DNA of 64,000 bases from contig MNCI01002435.1 in the NCBI GenBank assembly GCA_015680685.1, positions 212,282 to 276,281 on the forward strand. Reading direction: 5' to 3'. A program made the translations under genes and the position numbers. The stretch comes from Gnetum montanum (taxonomy: Eukaryota; Plantae; Gnetophyta). This document shows positions 38,001 through 52,511 of the stretch, in pieces. Position 1 is the stretch's first letter. Each line of letters starts with the position of its first letter. The notes beneath the pieces were generated by a model, which was given only the letters and a program-made list of their open reading frames with translations, was not told the DNA's origin and did no database searches.

Positions 38001-39548
38001 AATAAGGTTTTTATATTTTCAAAGTTTCATATGTTGTGAGATGTTTTTGCATGTTACATTTATCGTCTAGGCTAATAGAGAATTTTCTATGTGGACCATT
38101 TAATAGTATCACAATTTTTAATTTCTCTTTACATATATTTCTAGAGGAGTGATGATAAGGTGCATGTTTCTGAAGTCAGAAGATGTAGGTTTAAGCCTGG
38201 ATGTAGCCACTCAAAGAGGCTTGGGTTATGCTTATCCCTCAACCCTGCCAGGACCTTGCTTACCAGGATGAGCATTTAGGCTTTGGTTGAAGATCATTTT
38301 TAAAATGTATCTCTAGAATGTCAACAGTGGTTCTTGGCATATGATGATAGCTCTGTTCATTTAGTGGGACATAAATATTTGTTAGCCTAAAGAAGGATGT
38401 CCAAGATTTGGGCGTTAATGTTTACTTGGCTCTTAATATAATTGAATAGCAAAAAAACAAAATCTTATAGCTGATCCCATTTGGTTGGGATGAGGCTAGG
38501 ATGATGATTATTATAATGAAGTATTTGGCTTAACAGGTATAGGATTCTTTGAACTACCAGAGATGTGTTCCAGATTCATAGATATTTCATTGCAAGGAAC
38601 CAAATCTTAGCAAAACTGTTCATCCGAAAACATTCAAATTAACTACAGGGAAATATCAAACAAAATGCCATTATGATTAATGTTGACTTATAGCTTTTGT
38701 ACTAAATATTACGGATTTTGATTTTTTTTTGTTTGATTGAATGTTTGAAACCATATTTTTAGAACCAAATTTTGAAAGTGCAAATATTAATATTTTATGT
38801 CTATTATCTGGGTTGTAGACCTAGTGATTTTTTAAAAAACGTTTTCCTGATGTGCATGGTTTTATTACTATTTTCTTTACAAAGTAATCCCTGACAAGAG
38901 AGATCTTGAATAATAACAATTTTGTTTTTTCACCTGCTAAGCATGATAAATTTAATGTAGCACCCAATAGACTTAGTCAACAATTTAATGTAGCACTGCT
39001 GTATGCTAAGCATGGCTTTTTTCTTATTGCTACTGTAGGTGAAGCCATTTCGTTCAATGTTACACAATGATATGATGGTCGCAGCATATTCACACTCAAC
39101 TGGAGTTGGACGGCTTAGAGAACATTTACCAGATACTCCGCTTGGAGTGCGCTATGACTTTCCACGCTATTCTTTCAGAGAAGCAGAAACCGTTGCCAAT
39201 TATTACTACAGGTACAAGCTTTAAGCAAATGAATTTATTAGATCTCTATTAATTGACCATATTGTCTGGTTTTAGCTTTAGATGAGTCTCAATATTGTTG
39301 ACTGTGTTCGTTTTTTATAAAGAAATATTTTGAATTTGTTATTTTTTACCTTTTGATTGGTGAATATGTTAGCTTGATGACAACTTAATGTTCCTTTTAC
39401 TTTTCTTGGTTTGATCAATTTTGTACATTGATATGCTAGGCAAAGCTTGATATCTCAAGATAGGTTCGACGAAAATAAATGGAAAAGGATTTTCTATCTC
39501 ACCAGTGGGAATGGCACAGAAATGAGAAATTTGCTTCACTTCATATAA
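35018..39548 (+). CDS. DAP3: Mitochondrial small-subunit ribosomal protein mS29/DAP3; exons 35018-35373, 35907-36070, 36652-36860, 37016-37270, 37375-37461, 39039-39211, 39440-39548
   Basis: Basic transit-peptide-like N-terminus, P-loop LDGPVSSGKS, LAMLVHWAR.EGW and VPVLFAIDEYN. All junctions are GT-AG and keep the reading frame. Confidence 0.92.
38146..38300 (+). mobile_element. Au-like SINE copy 2 (DAP3 intron 5)
   Basis: GGAGTGATGATAAGGTG..GGTTTAAGCCT..GCCACTCAAAGAGG..GGATGAGCAT is colinear with 15035-15180. Confidence 0.6.
38468..38520 (+). repeat. RTE-LINE-type 3' tail fragment
   Basis: TAGCTGATCCCATTTGGTTGGGATGAGGCTAGG followed by (ATG)n. Confidence 0.55.
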
Positions 39549-42500
39549 GGTCTGTACGCGTTGCATCATTCTTTCTGTGTGGTTATCATTACTTTAAAAC
39601 ATTTAAAGTAATTTCATATTCTTTTTATAGCCTGGGTTCTAAATTGGTCTTATAAAAATAATAATAACCACCATTGATGATATTACTATGTAGTTCTATT
39701 CTTATATTCCTATTTTACACCTTTTTCCTCATGGATTAAACTCATTAAAATTTTTAATTGTTTAAAGATGCGCTTGGTAGCAACCACTCCGTGCATGTGC
39801 ATGTTCAATTTTCGATTTTCAAATTTTTTTTTTCATAGTTATGAGAGCTTTAACCTGTGATTATTTGATCATCAAGAGGATGTTCACATTCATGTTTGGG
39901 CGACATGGAAATGATTGGAACATAGACCCCAAAAAGAAAATATATTAAAAATAAGAAAATATCAGAATACAACAGCAAAGGAACATTGAAGGGAGGCAAA
40001 ACTCCAAAACAATACAAACGGACGCACCCAGGTATTTTGGGGATGCATTGTTAGGTTTTCATTTGTACAGCCAATCTTGAAAAACCTCCTCTGTGGGGGA
40101 GGAAAGGATCAGACCTTGCCCTCATTTTCAGAAGCATCTCTCAGGTTTTCACTTCCTACTAAAGAATTCCTATATACAAAATAGAAATAAAATAAACTGA
40201 AGGGGGATTCATTCACAGATGTGGCTGAAGCTTGAGCCGTTGAAATAATTATAATAAACTAAAGCATACAATCTTCCTCTTATATGATTATTATAAGATT
40301 TTTAATTAGGAAATGCTTGATACGTTTTGATTTCTACCAGAATTTCCCTGCATTCTAATTTGTGCTTGTGGATTCCATTATTTAGTGTTTACAAAGTTTA
40401 TGATGAACCTGTTTCTAACTATACATGGTTGAATCTCCTTGCAGTGAAATGATTCTCTTGCAAATGGATTACTGATTTTTAACTCTGTTGAGGCTAATGG
40501 TTACTACCAAGCACAATTAAATTAAAGTGATTCCCAAAAGTCATGCATGATTTTTGGCCACTCGCTTAAGGCCATTACAAGAAGTGAGATCTTTAAGCTG
40601 CTTTGAAGAGACCTTGTTAGGCATGGATACATATGTCCAGAATTTCTAGTTTCTTATCCGGTCATAATCTGGTTTACAAATTTTTGTAGTAGACTATCCT
40701 TTTAACATTCAAGTTTTTAGATTTAGATTGAGAGATTATGGTCGTGAACCTGTCATGTGATTGCAGCAGCACACAATTTAGCCTGTGATTTCTTCGGTGT
40801 AATTAGCAATCAGATGCATGCTGTTCCAGATTTCTTACATTGCATCTGTAGTGCTGTGACACGTTCTGAAACAAATTGAATACTGTAATGTACATTTATG
40901 CTTGAGTTCATCATTATATCTATTCATTATTTTATAGATATGCCAAAAATGTGGTATCTCAAATGGTAGTTCTTTGGGGTGTCAATTCGTATAAATTTAA
41001 GGCACTGTTATCATACAATCAATGTTCCTTCCTTTGGCAACTCCAATGTCCGAGTATTGATCACTGTCACAATTCTCACCGTCTATGTTAACTTTAATGA
41101 ACGCTAATTTAAAGGCAAGTTTTTATGATAATATACTGTTGGGATTTCAATGGAATTTTTACAGAAGATTAAGGGAGGAATCATGTTTTTGAAGGTATTG
41201 ATGAAATATAGAAACACATAGTGAATTATTTTTGCTCAACCAACTTCTAATGAACTTAGGAACTAAAATAATATAAGTACTCTTAAATATATAGTCAACA
41301 TAATATATTAAAAAAACTATAAAGATATAATTATACTGTAAGTGTATCTCTAACTTGTATTTTTTGTCTATAAATATTTATCAGATAATCCACTAAATCA
41401 ACCATTCACAATAAACTTAGTTATGCTGTAAATTAATGCTTTAATAAGTTAGAATAGGAAAAGGAGTTTATAATAAAATTGTTGTCGATAGCTGTATGTT
41501 CAGTATGGATATATGGTTCATTCTATCCATCGCACTTTTTTTTGCTAATATAAATGCAATGATACTTAAAATTATTACAATTTTTGAATTCAACTGCATT
41601 GAAATTTAATAATTAGTTTATGCAAAATACATCTTTAGCAATAAAATTTAGTAGTAGTGGTTTAGATTTTTTAAACTTCATTTGAGATTTGCTACCATAA
41701 CATTCTAATAATATATGTTGCTCATAACTGACATATTCAATTCTTACATTTTTTACTTCATCTTCTAGTTTCAACTTGATAATGGTGCATTTGTGCTCTT
41801 CTTCTGCCAACTATTGTTTACATAGATATAGGAATACATGTATTCAGATGTTATGCTTCATTATCTATATCACCTTTAGTTTTTTCCGATTTCATAAAGT
41901 AAGAAAACAAAAATTCTTCAAAATTAAAGTGGTTTCATATAGTGAAGGAGATTCAAAGAGAATTTATAGATGAAAGCCTTTCTGTTTCTTTGTATCACTG
42001 TATTTCTGAAAAATGCTTGAGGGTGATTATCACCGCATTTTTGCACAAATCCACAAAAAAAATATGGGCACATCATGTACAAGGGCCCCAAATATCTCTG
42101 CTCTGCTCATGCTGGACTCTATGGAGTAACTTGGGTACCTTGGACACTGCCAGCTTCATGTGCAAGCCCAGCTGATGCTACATAATGAGAAACTTATCAT
42201 AAATATATGAAGATCAGCAACTAATTCATAGAATGTAGATTATACAGAAATATGGGCATATTTTTATCATGTAATGGTTTATTTGACTTCCCATTTATTA
42301 ATCAAACTTCAACTTGAATGTCTAAAATCTAAATGTATATTTATTATATCCCTGATGGGAGTTGCTTCAAGTGGAAACTTATAGCTGAGCCTACGGTAAG
42401 CCGTGGCAAGGAGGTTACACAGGTAAAATACGTGGATTTGGGCGATGGAGTTAAAGTTCACTGGGAACCTGCAGTTTGTTGATTGAAAAATCAATTACAC

Positions 42501-43450
42501 AAATTAATAACTGATGCACGAATTTGTTTGGCATTTTGTCAAACGTTTGAAATCGCTAACCTAAATCCCAAGGAACGGTATTTGCTATATTTCTGTGCAG
42601 ATGTGTGCTTATTTCAACTAATTTTTACAAGGAAAAAGTAGTAACTGAGCTTTTACGTTTTGGCCCATCTTATGAAAGTACACATCTTGACCTTAAATTC
42701 AGACATGTTTTTAATGCAGCATCAGTAAGGTTGATTTTTGGAAGTAATTTTGTAAAGTCATGTAACTCAGGAAAATGCATCATTAGCTTTGTCTTCACTT
42801 TGAACCAAACTGACAGTCTACTATGTCGGTCGACCTTACAGAACTGGAGAGTGGAAATGTATAGTTAGGAGTTTTAAAAATATAAGTGTTTTCAATAATA
42901 TTTTTTACTGATCAATTAAATTTATAACAATAATATCCCATTTATATCTAATCTACAGCACGTCCATTTTTATAATTCATATCCTCATTCAAGTACTTAG
43001 ATAAAAGAGTTCAGTTTTAAAATGAAAAATAGAAAGAAATCCGAAAACTTATTGCATAACCAATTCAATTCAGGATCAACATAAGAAACATGATTCATCA
43101 GTACTTAAGGGAACAAGTTCTTGGCATTTCAAATAAAAAACTTAGAGATTCCTGATGAAATCAGACATGTCAGAATGATGATGGGCTCATCAAGTTTTCC
43201 CAGACAAAGATAGAGACAAAGTAGGTCAAAGCTTCGGGCAGAGAGCAAGCAGAAAAGTCTGGTGCAAACGCAGATGCTGACACATGAACAACAGAAAGAA
43301 CACAAACACAGATCAGAGATCACGGGCCATGCCATGCTTCACCTGGAATCATGATCAGTCTTCGCTGTCCATGCCCTCCTTTTACGGATCCAAACAATAT
43401 TACTCACGAGATTCAGCCTCTCCCAGTTTTGTCATCATATAGGTTTCTAC

Positions 43451-43459
43451 CTATAAATG
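43451..43459 (+). promoter_or_regulatory. TATA box of the candidate MIRNA gene
   Basis: CTATAAAT about 90 nt upstream of the hairpin. Confidence 0.5.
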
Positions 43460-43540
43460 TTCAAATTCAACTGTTCAGAATCAGCACAGATTATTATGAT
43501 TCAACCTCAGATCAGGTTTCCATGTTCCATGAAGCTCTGC

Positions 43541-43665
43541 TGTGATGGGCAATGCTGAATCTCTCCAGCAATCTCAGCATTTCATTCTGTCATAACCAAT
43601 CTTCTTGTTTTTGGTTGAGAATGACGGGTTGAGATTGTTGGAGAGGTTCACTGTTCCCTTTCACA
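43541..43665 (+). ncRNA. Candidate pre-miRNA hairpin; predicted mature 3p UGAGAUUGUUGGAGAGGUUCA (43630-43650), star AAUCUCUCCAGCAAUCUCAGC (43558-43578)
   Basis: 43556-43578 pairs with 43628-43650 over 23 bp, including three G:U pairs that form only on the + strand. Upper stems TCATTCT/AGAATGA and AACCAA/TTGGTT, basal stem TGTGA/TCACA. Intergenic, TATA box upstream, GTAAGT splice donor at 43768. Confidence 0.75.
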
Positions 43666-43952
43666 AATTCAACTATTTTATTTACTCTTTGGTTGGAAAG
43701 TCCATGTGCTGTATTACAGTTGTTGGATTTTTACTTTTTTAGCAGTGCATCACCGGTTTCAGTGAGAGTAAGTGTTATTGCTTCCTGACTAGGAATCAGA
43801 AGTTAAGGTCCTTGTCGGAATTAGGCTGTGTTGGAAAAACTTCTTATTGAAATTGCAAGGTAATCTCTGTAAGTAGGTTTGGTTCCTTATTTTGAAGCTC
43901 AATGATAACTCATTGATGGTTCTTTATTTTGCATTGATGTTAATAGAGCTAA

Positions 43953-44010
43953 TGTAGCCAACCCAATTTTGTTGGAGCAATGCTAGGATAATGATGATGC
44001 TAATGATGTT
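43953..44010 (+). repeat. RTE-LINE-type 3' tail fragment
   Basis: GTAGCCAACCCAATTTTGTTGGAGCAATGCTAGG followed by an (ATG)n-like tail. Confidence 0.5.
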
Positions 44011-44071
44011 GAAGATTAATGTGTTTTAAATGTAACTCATTAGCTTTTTGATGAGTTAAGTGCAGCATATA

Positions 44072-44165
44072 GGTCATCACCTGGAGGCTTGATGCTCATC
44101 CCAGGGGTCCCCAGAGGGCCTCCTATAGACAAGCAAAAGCCTAACCTCTTTTCAGCATGTACTTG
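44072..44165 (-). mobile_element. Au-like SINE copy 3 (3' half)
   Basis: The reverse complement GAAAAGAGGTTAGGCTTT..GACCCCTGGGATGAGCATCAAGCCTCCAGGT matches 15102-15180. Confidence 0.55.
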
Positions 44166-47100
44166 CATTAAAAGCTGCTAAACCTACCTGATAACAAAGC
44201 CTTATCCCTTAATTTGTCTCTCTGGCTTTAGCCTCAAAGCTAATTTCTATGAAGTCGGTTGAGAGTGAGATTTGTGTAGCTGAAGTTCTATGATTTTACA
44301 ATTTAAAATCCTTAAATTGGGTAGGCCTGTTTAATTTGAGTGAGATTCTCCTGGTGAGTTCTACTTGGGCTATATTAGTGGGTAGGCTGGTCAGCATCAG
44401 TTCCACTTTGATTAGGATTATGCATGCGCTAAGAAACACCTGGATAGATTTAATGGTTGAGCTCTATTAAGTAGGTCCTATAGTAAATGAAGATTAATGC
44501 ATTTAATGTTTTGGTTTTGCCATGATAGCTAAGATTTAGGCATTGATTTTTACGAAGGGAAGTTTATTTTTTTCTCTGCATGCAGGGCCTGATACATACT
44601 TTTAAAGTGATTTAGAGCCCATTTCTTTGTTGCAGCTCCAGTGGAAGAAAGCACGTACGAAAATGTCCGAAAATGACCGAAACTAGAATGTCAGTTCCAC
44701 TTCTGAAAATTCAGAGTTATCTTTGTATGTTGTATTTTTCCCATTTGAATTTGGTGGCTGGAGCGTTGGCAAGCTACTCTTTTTGTATATATGGTTGAAA
44801 TTTTTCTGTATTTTATGATACTTAATTATGATTTGAGAACACAGTCGTCATTAGGTTCCAGAAGCCTTAAAATAAATAGAGACTGTTGCCAGGAGTACCA
44901 TGAGTACCAAATTTAGAAGTAATTAATAATTAATCCCTGCAGTAATTATTTGATGAGTACAACTTACATATGTCCGCGTTATTTACAACTTGAAACGTGC
45001 TACCAACATGAACATGTTTTTTTAAAAAAAAATCCTAAATGGATAATGGTGGATTTGTACAGATGTTTTCACTTTTTAAAGAAATTGTATCGAATCAAAT
45101 GATAGGAGTTGCAATGGGATGAATAATATGGTTCTTTACACTAAATTAGTTTTATGTATGGAACATCTTTAAAATTCAAAATTTCAACTTATTTACATAA
45201 TTTTTAGTTTGGTAGCATGAAAATTAGTTTCATTATTCATATGGTGTCTTTGGGCACTATCAAGAAAGGAACATTTATGGTTTCATGTTGGAAGAACAGA
45301 AATTCTCGGGGAACATTTCTTAGAGATTATGTAGGACAATGAGCTATAGTTATGAGACTTCACAATATCTACTACGCTTGAGATCCGCTACTACTACAAC
45401 TCTCAATCACTTTTAACGAAAATCTGTATATTTAGCATAATGTACTGAGAAATTTTTTTTAATCTTTATGATAAACTCCTATTTTGTTGGACGCTGCTCA
45501 TAGATCTTCTTTAACAACTCGAACATGATTGATAGGATACAAAATTATAGATATAATTCTTACGCTAAAAATTATAAAACTGGTTTCAGTATTCCAAGTT
45601 TACTAAAACATTCTTGGTTTCAGTCAGACAGTAGAAAATCGTACACAAAAAGTTTGCAAGTTGAGTACACAGCAAACATTTTCTACCATAACAAGTACCG
45701 TGACAACAAAAGTTTGCAATAATGATCCTATCAACTCTTCAATTTGCTACCATATATTTGCTAACAAAAATTTTCTTCGTTGAAGTAATGCGCGGTTGCC
45801 TGTAGCGTTTCAATCTATATGTATAATTTATTATTCATATAATTGCTAACAAAAATTTTCGTAGCTTAAGTTATGCATGGCTACCTATAACTTTTCAATC
45901 TACGTGTATAATTCCTTGTTTAAAGCCAACCCATGTTTTTCTGGACAAAGCTAAGAAGATGAATTCACTATGTAATCAAGTAAAGCCAGAAGGTTTTTCA
46001 TAAGTAAAGCCCGAAGGTTTTTCATAGAGACAAATGGTGAAAAGAAACTCTGCTGAGCCCATTTTGATGATCCCAGGCTAAAATGATAATGACAACTGAG
46101 AATGTACTTTAATATACACACATCACCCTAATATAACACACTTTTTGAAAATAAAACTAGATGAACATAACTAATGTGATAATTGTACAGGTGAGTTATT
46201 TTAAAATATTTTTAAAATTAGCTCCTCCTATTTTTAAGCTTTTTCATGTTGCTGCAGCGAAGAGGAAGGATTCGAAAACACGACAACATTACAGCAAGAT
46301 TTCAAGATGTGAAGACATTGTTATAGCTAAGTTAAAATCAGCCTCATCTTGAGGCACCTTTAACTATCATCCTTTCCCCGAATGAAATTGGGAATTCTGT
46401 GGGTGATTTGTCAACCTGTTCTAAGTTATTACTGAAGATATATCTATATTACAAGTTGTTGTATGCTCAGATAATCATGTTCTTTCTTTAAACATCTTTG
46501 TGCACATGATGGAGGATCTAACATAAAGAATGGAGCAGTACCAGGGGTGCACTTGTTGATTTCACCATGGAAGCAGAAACATCATTGTCCTGTGAAAGTC
46601 AAAATCTGGGGAACTTTTACTCGTAAGTATGCATATCCTTTTTTAACTTTGAAGCTAATAATAAGCTGCAGGATATGCTGGAATAAAAAAATAGAAAAGG
46701 AACTAGCGTATAGTTGCAGCTTGCAGGGAAAGTTGTTTTGTCAGACTGAACAGTATCAAAGAAGGCGGAAAGCAACAAAGAATACCGAATACAAAGAAAC
46801 TGACCCAGAGTAACCCACAAGAATGACGGCTGTTAATAATATCCTTTTTCCCCAACATTATTGTTTTCTTCAATGATGCTCCTCCTTTTAACTTTTTCTC
46901 ATGAATGGCAAAAAATGAGATGCCTTACCTCTGCTGCTGATACATGGTCCGGTTTAAAAAATGGCATCTAGAAGCAGCACTTACATTGGCAGATGATTGG
47001 TAACAACAGACTATACAGCACAGCAATAACCGGCCGACAATGCAAATAACCAGAAAAATTGTAAGATTGAATTGATAATTATCAACAAAGTACTTCACAT

Positions 47101-47990
47101 ATCACATTGCTAGTAAAAAGGATATGTGTATATCAACGAAGAAGGTTCACGAATTCTCTTGATTCAAGCATTAAAAAAAGTAATTGTGTTTATTCACCAT
47201 TATATATCCTTAATCATTATATTCTAAGGGGCATAGCTTAACTATGAAAACTTCTGTCAATGGAATTTCTGAAACTAATATGGTCCCACAGATCTAACAG
47301 GTCTCAATGAACGTAATTAAATATATTACATTTTATGCGATTTCAATTTCAAATTCAAACCAGTGTACCACATCCAAATAAAAGAATTAAGCTAAAATTG
47401 AATGGTATTCCTCTCTTTGAATTAGAAATGCGGGCAAATTATATCCTAAAGCAGAAACCTTCAGGAGAAGGTTCAAAAATTCCTGTGTCCCACAAAATAA
47501 AACCAAAATCAGCCTTGTGGGGCTGTGTCGACCGTGGAACAATGATGGAATAGATACCTGTTCATTATGACCCAGTCATGAATTCTGAGCATGGAATGGA
47601 ATCGGTAGGTCCCTGCAATAAAAGAAGATTGCAAGACAAAATAATCAACTGGCCCATCAATCTGTTTATACTGTTGGTCTCCACGCCATTTCATTCTTTG
47701 CTGGTTGGCCCTCTACCAAACCAGTACTCTCTGAATTTTTAAAGCAAGGCGTGCTGTTTCTGGTGAGTTTCAGTCGTTGAATGTACCTCGGAATCTTTCC
47801 CATTTTACAAAAGTATTAACAATCCAGTATTGTTAATGATTAATGGTTATGATGATGTATAGCATTTGGATTTGCTTGTAAGGAGTTCAGAGCTTGCTAT
47901 AAATTAGTTGCAGAAGAAGAGAAAAATATTCAAATAAGCACGACATCAAGACGTTAATTGTATTTTTCTTCTTCTGCTGCAAACGGAGCC

Positions 47991-50742
<2,752 letters not shown>

Positions 50743-51066
50743 GCTGGAATTTAACTTCAGGGAATGAAAGCCTGATATGGAGCAAGAATTTGTCATGGCT
50801 GGTGCAAGCATCTTAAAAAGAGTTTACAGATATCACTCCCAAGAATATTTTCTATTATAATTAACGAATATTTAGTGCTAAATCGAGAATCAATAACTTA
50901 AAAATTTTCTAACTCACATGTCGAGAATACTCTGAATTCATGGTTGGGGTTAGAGAATCTATGAATAAGTGCCACATTTATCATTTTTTAGTCAAAGATT
51001 TTCTTTCCTAATATTTTGAGCTACATCAGTGCCATTGGCATAGCATGCTCATTGAAAAGTTTTAAC

Positions 51067-51545
51067 CTATGTACCCATGAGACGCATTTTCATGAAAAAC
51101 TTCGCATCCGATACGTTTCCGGAACGCGAACACATTCTGAAACGCCAAAAAACGTCACGGAAATGTCTGAATAAAATTGAAGCTACTATTCTGTTTTGGT
51201 GTGATTTACAAACATATATTATGTCTGTGCTCCTCTTTCGGTGTGATTAACAAATATATATTATGTCTGTGCTCATCTGCTTCCTCAGAAATATCCTCTG
51301 TATCGTCTTGATAGCTTTTTTTAAAATCATCTTCGCGAAGCATTCAACAAAACACTCAGAAAATAGAAGCTACCAGTAATAAGTGGAAGCATGAAACGTC
51401 ATGAAAAATCTCCCTCCAAAACCGACACGGTGACTCTGGAAGGCACCAGACTTCAAGGACTTCGTCTCTATTTAAGTGTGTACTGTTTTGGAAACGTGTT
51501 TTCCAATTTCCTTGAATCCTTGTCTAGGATTCTTGTGATGCATAG
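51067..51545. mobile_element. Possible MITE remnant
   Basis: CTATG...CATAG ends, near-duplicated flanks TTTAAC, clustered GAAACG/CGTTTC motifs and an internal 35-bp duplication (51199 and 51240). Confidence 0.35.
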
Positions 51546-52511
51546 ATTTAACTGTCGTCTCTACCCAATGATATTTTCATCCCAGTATTTGATGGCGGCA
51601 CAATCTTAGTGAAAAACTACTTTCAAAATAAGTTTTCTTGCATGTAATGAATTTAAAATTCATCGTTCCGAGAATGTTATGATCCTGACATAACCAGATC
51701 CATCCCTAGGAAATTAAGACGTAACCATGACTCTGGGCTGTACTCTAAAATCTAATTTATCAGTAATTTTTTTTAAATTGTTAAACAATTTAAAAAGTAA
51801 TTACAGGAGAACTGATAGAGTTTATTGCTGGTAACAATATATTTATTTCAATTTGTCCCCGCTTGGTATGAGCAAAAAACCTAATCTCTTTTGAATAGCT
51901 GCCCCCAAGGAACCCAGGTCTTAAAATTTGAGAAACAAGCACCTTACCCTTATTTCGTGCTCTAACATAACATTCAGATAGCCACAAATCTACATTTTAT
52001 AATGCCAAAATCCAAAATCTTTGCAAAATCTAGTAGCCACTGCTTATATTTGGATTGGTAAAATAGTGCCTAACAAATTTAGTAGCACAAGTCCTCTTCA
52101 AAGAAAAAGTATTTGCATGAATTTTTAAGGGCACAAGTTAAAAACCCAACATAAGATTTAATTACCCAGATCTCTAAGAGATTCAACTACTATTCTGCAA
52201 GATTGGGTATTTTGAAGAACCATGGATGGCACTAAAATAAGTCAAGAAGGATAAATAAGTAGAATCAAACAGAAACATAAATTTACACATTCATTGGCAG
52301 CATTAAATTAGACGCTAAGGGCCCTACATAAATTGTTACAACTCATATTAGCCACGGGTACATGTGCACATTGGCTGGACTAGAAGCCATGTTCTGGTCA
52401 AAATTTGATATCTGATCTCGCCTGCGAGTGCTTCTGTTGACAAATGAAAGGTTGTCCCAACAGTTCGGGTTGAATGCAGTTATCGATGTCTTGACAGCTA
52501 GCAAACAACAG

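Noticed and set aside
41613-41810. 65-aa minus-strand ORF in AT-rich DNA
   Set aside because: No recognisable motif or gene structure.
45757-46025. Short local duplications (also 53463/53563 and 17041/17397)
   Set aside because: Ordinary slippage or repair duplications with no spacer array, so not CRISPR-like.
46567-46813. Possible small two-exon ORF (GTAAGT at 46623, CAG at 46671)
   Set aside because: The intron would be only 49 nt, no homology is recognised, and such a pattern is expected by chance.
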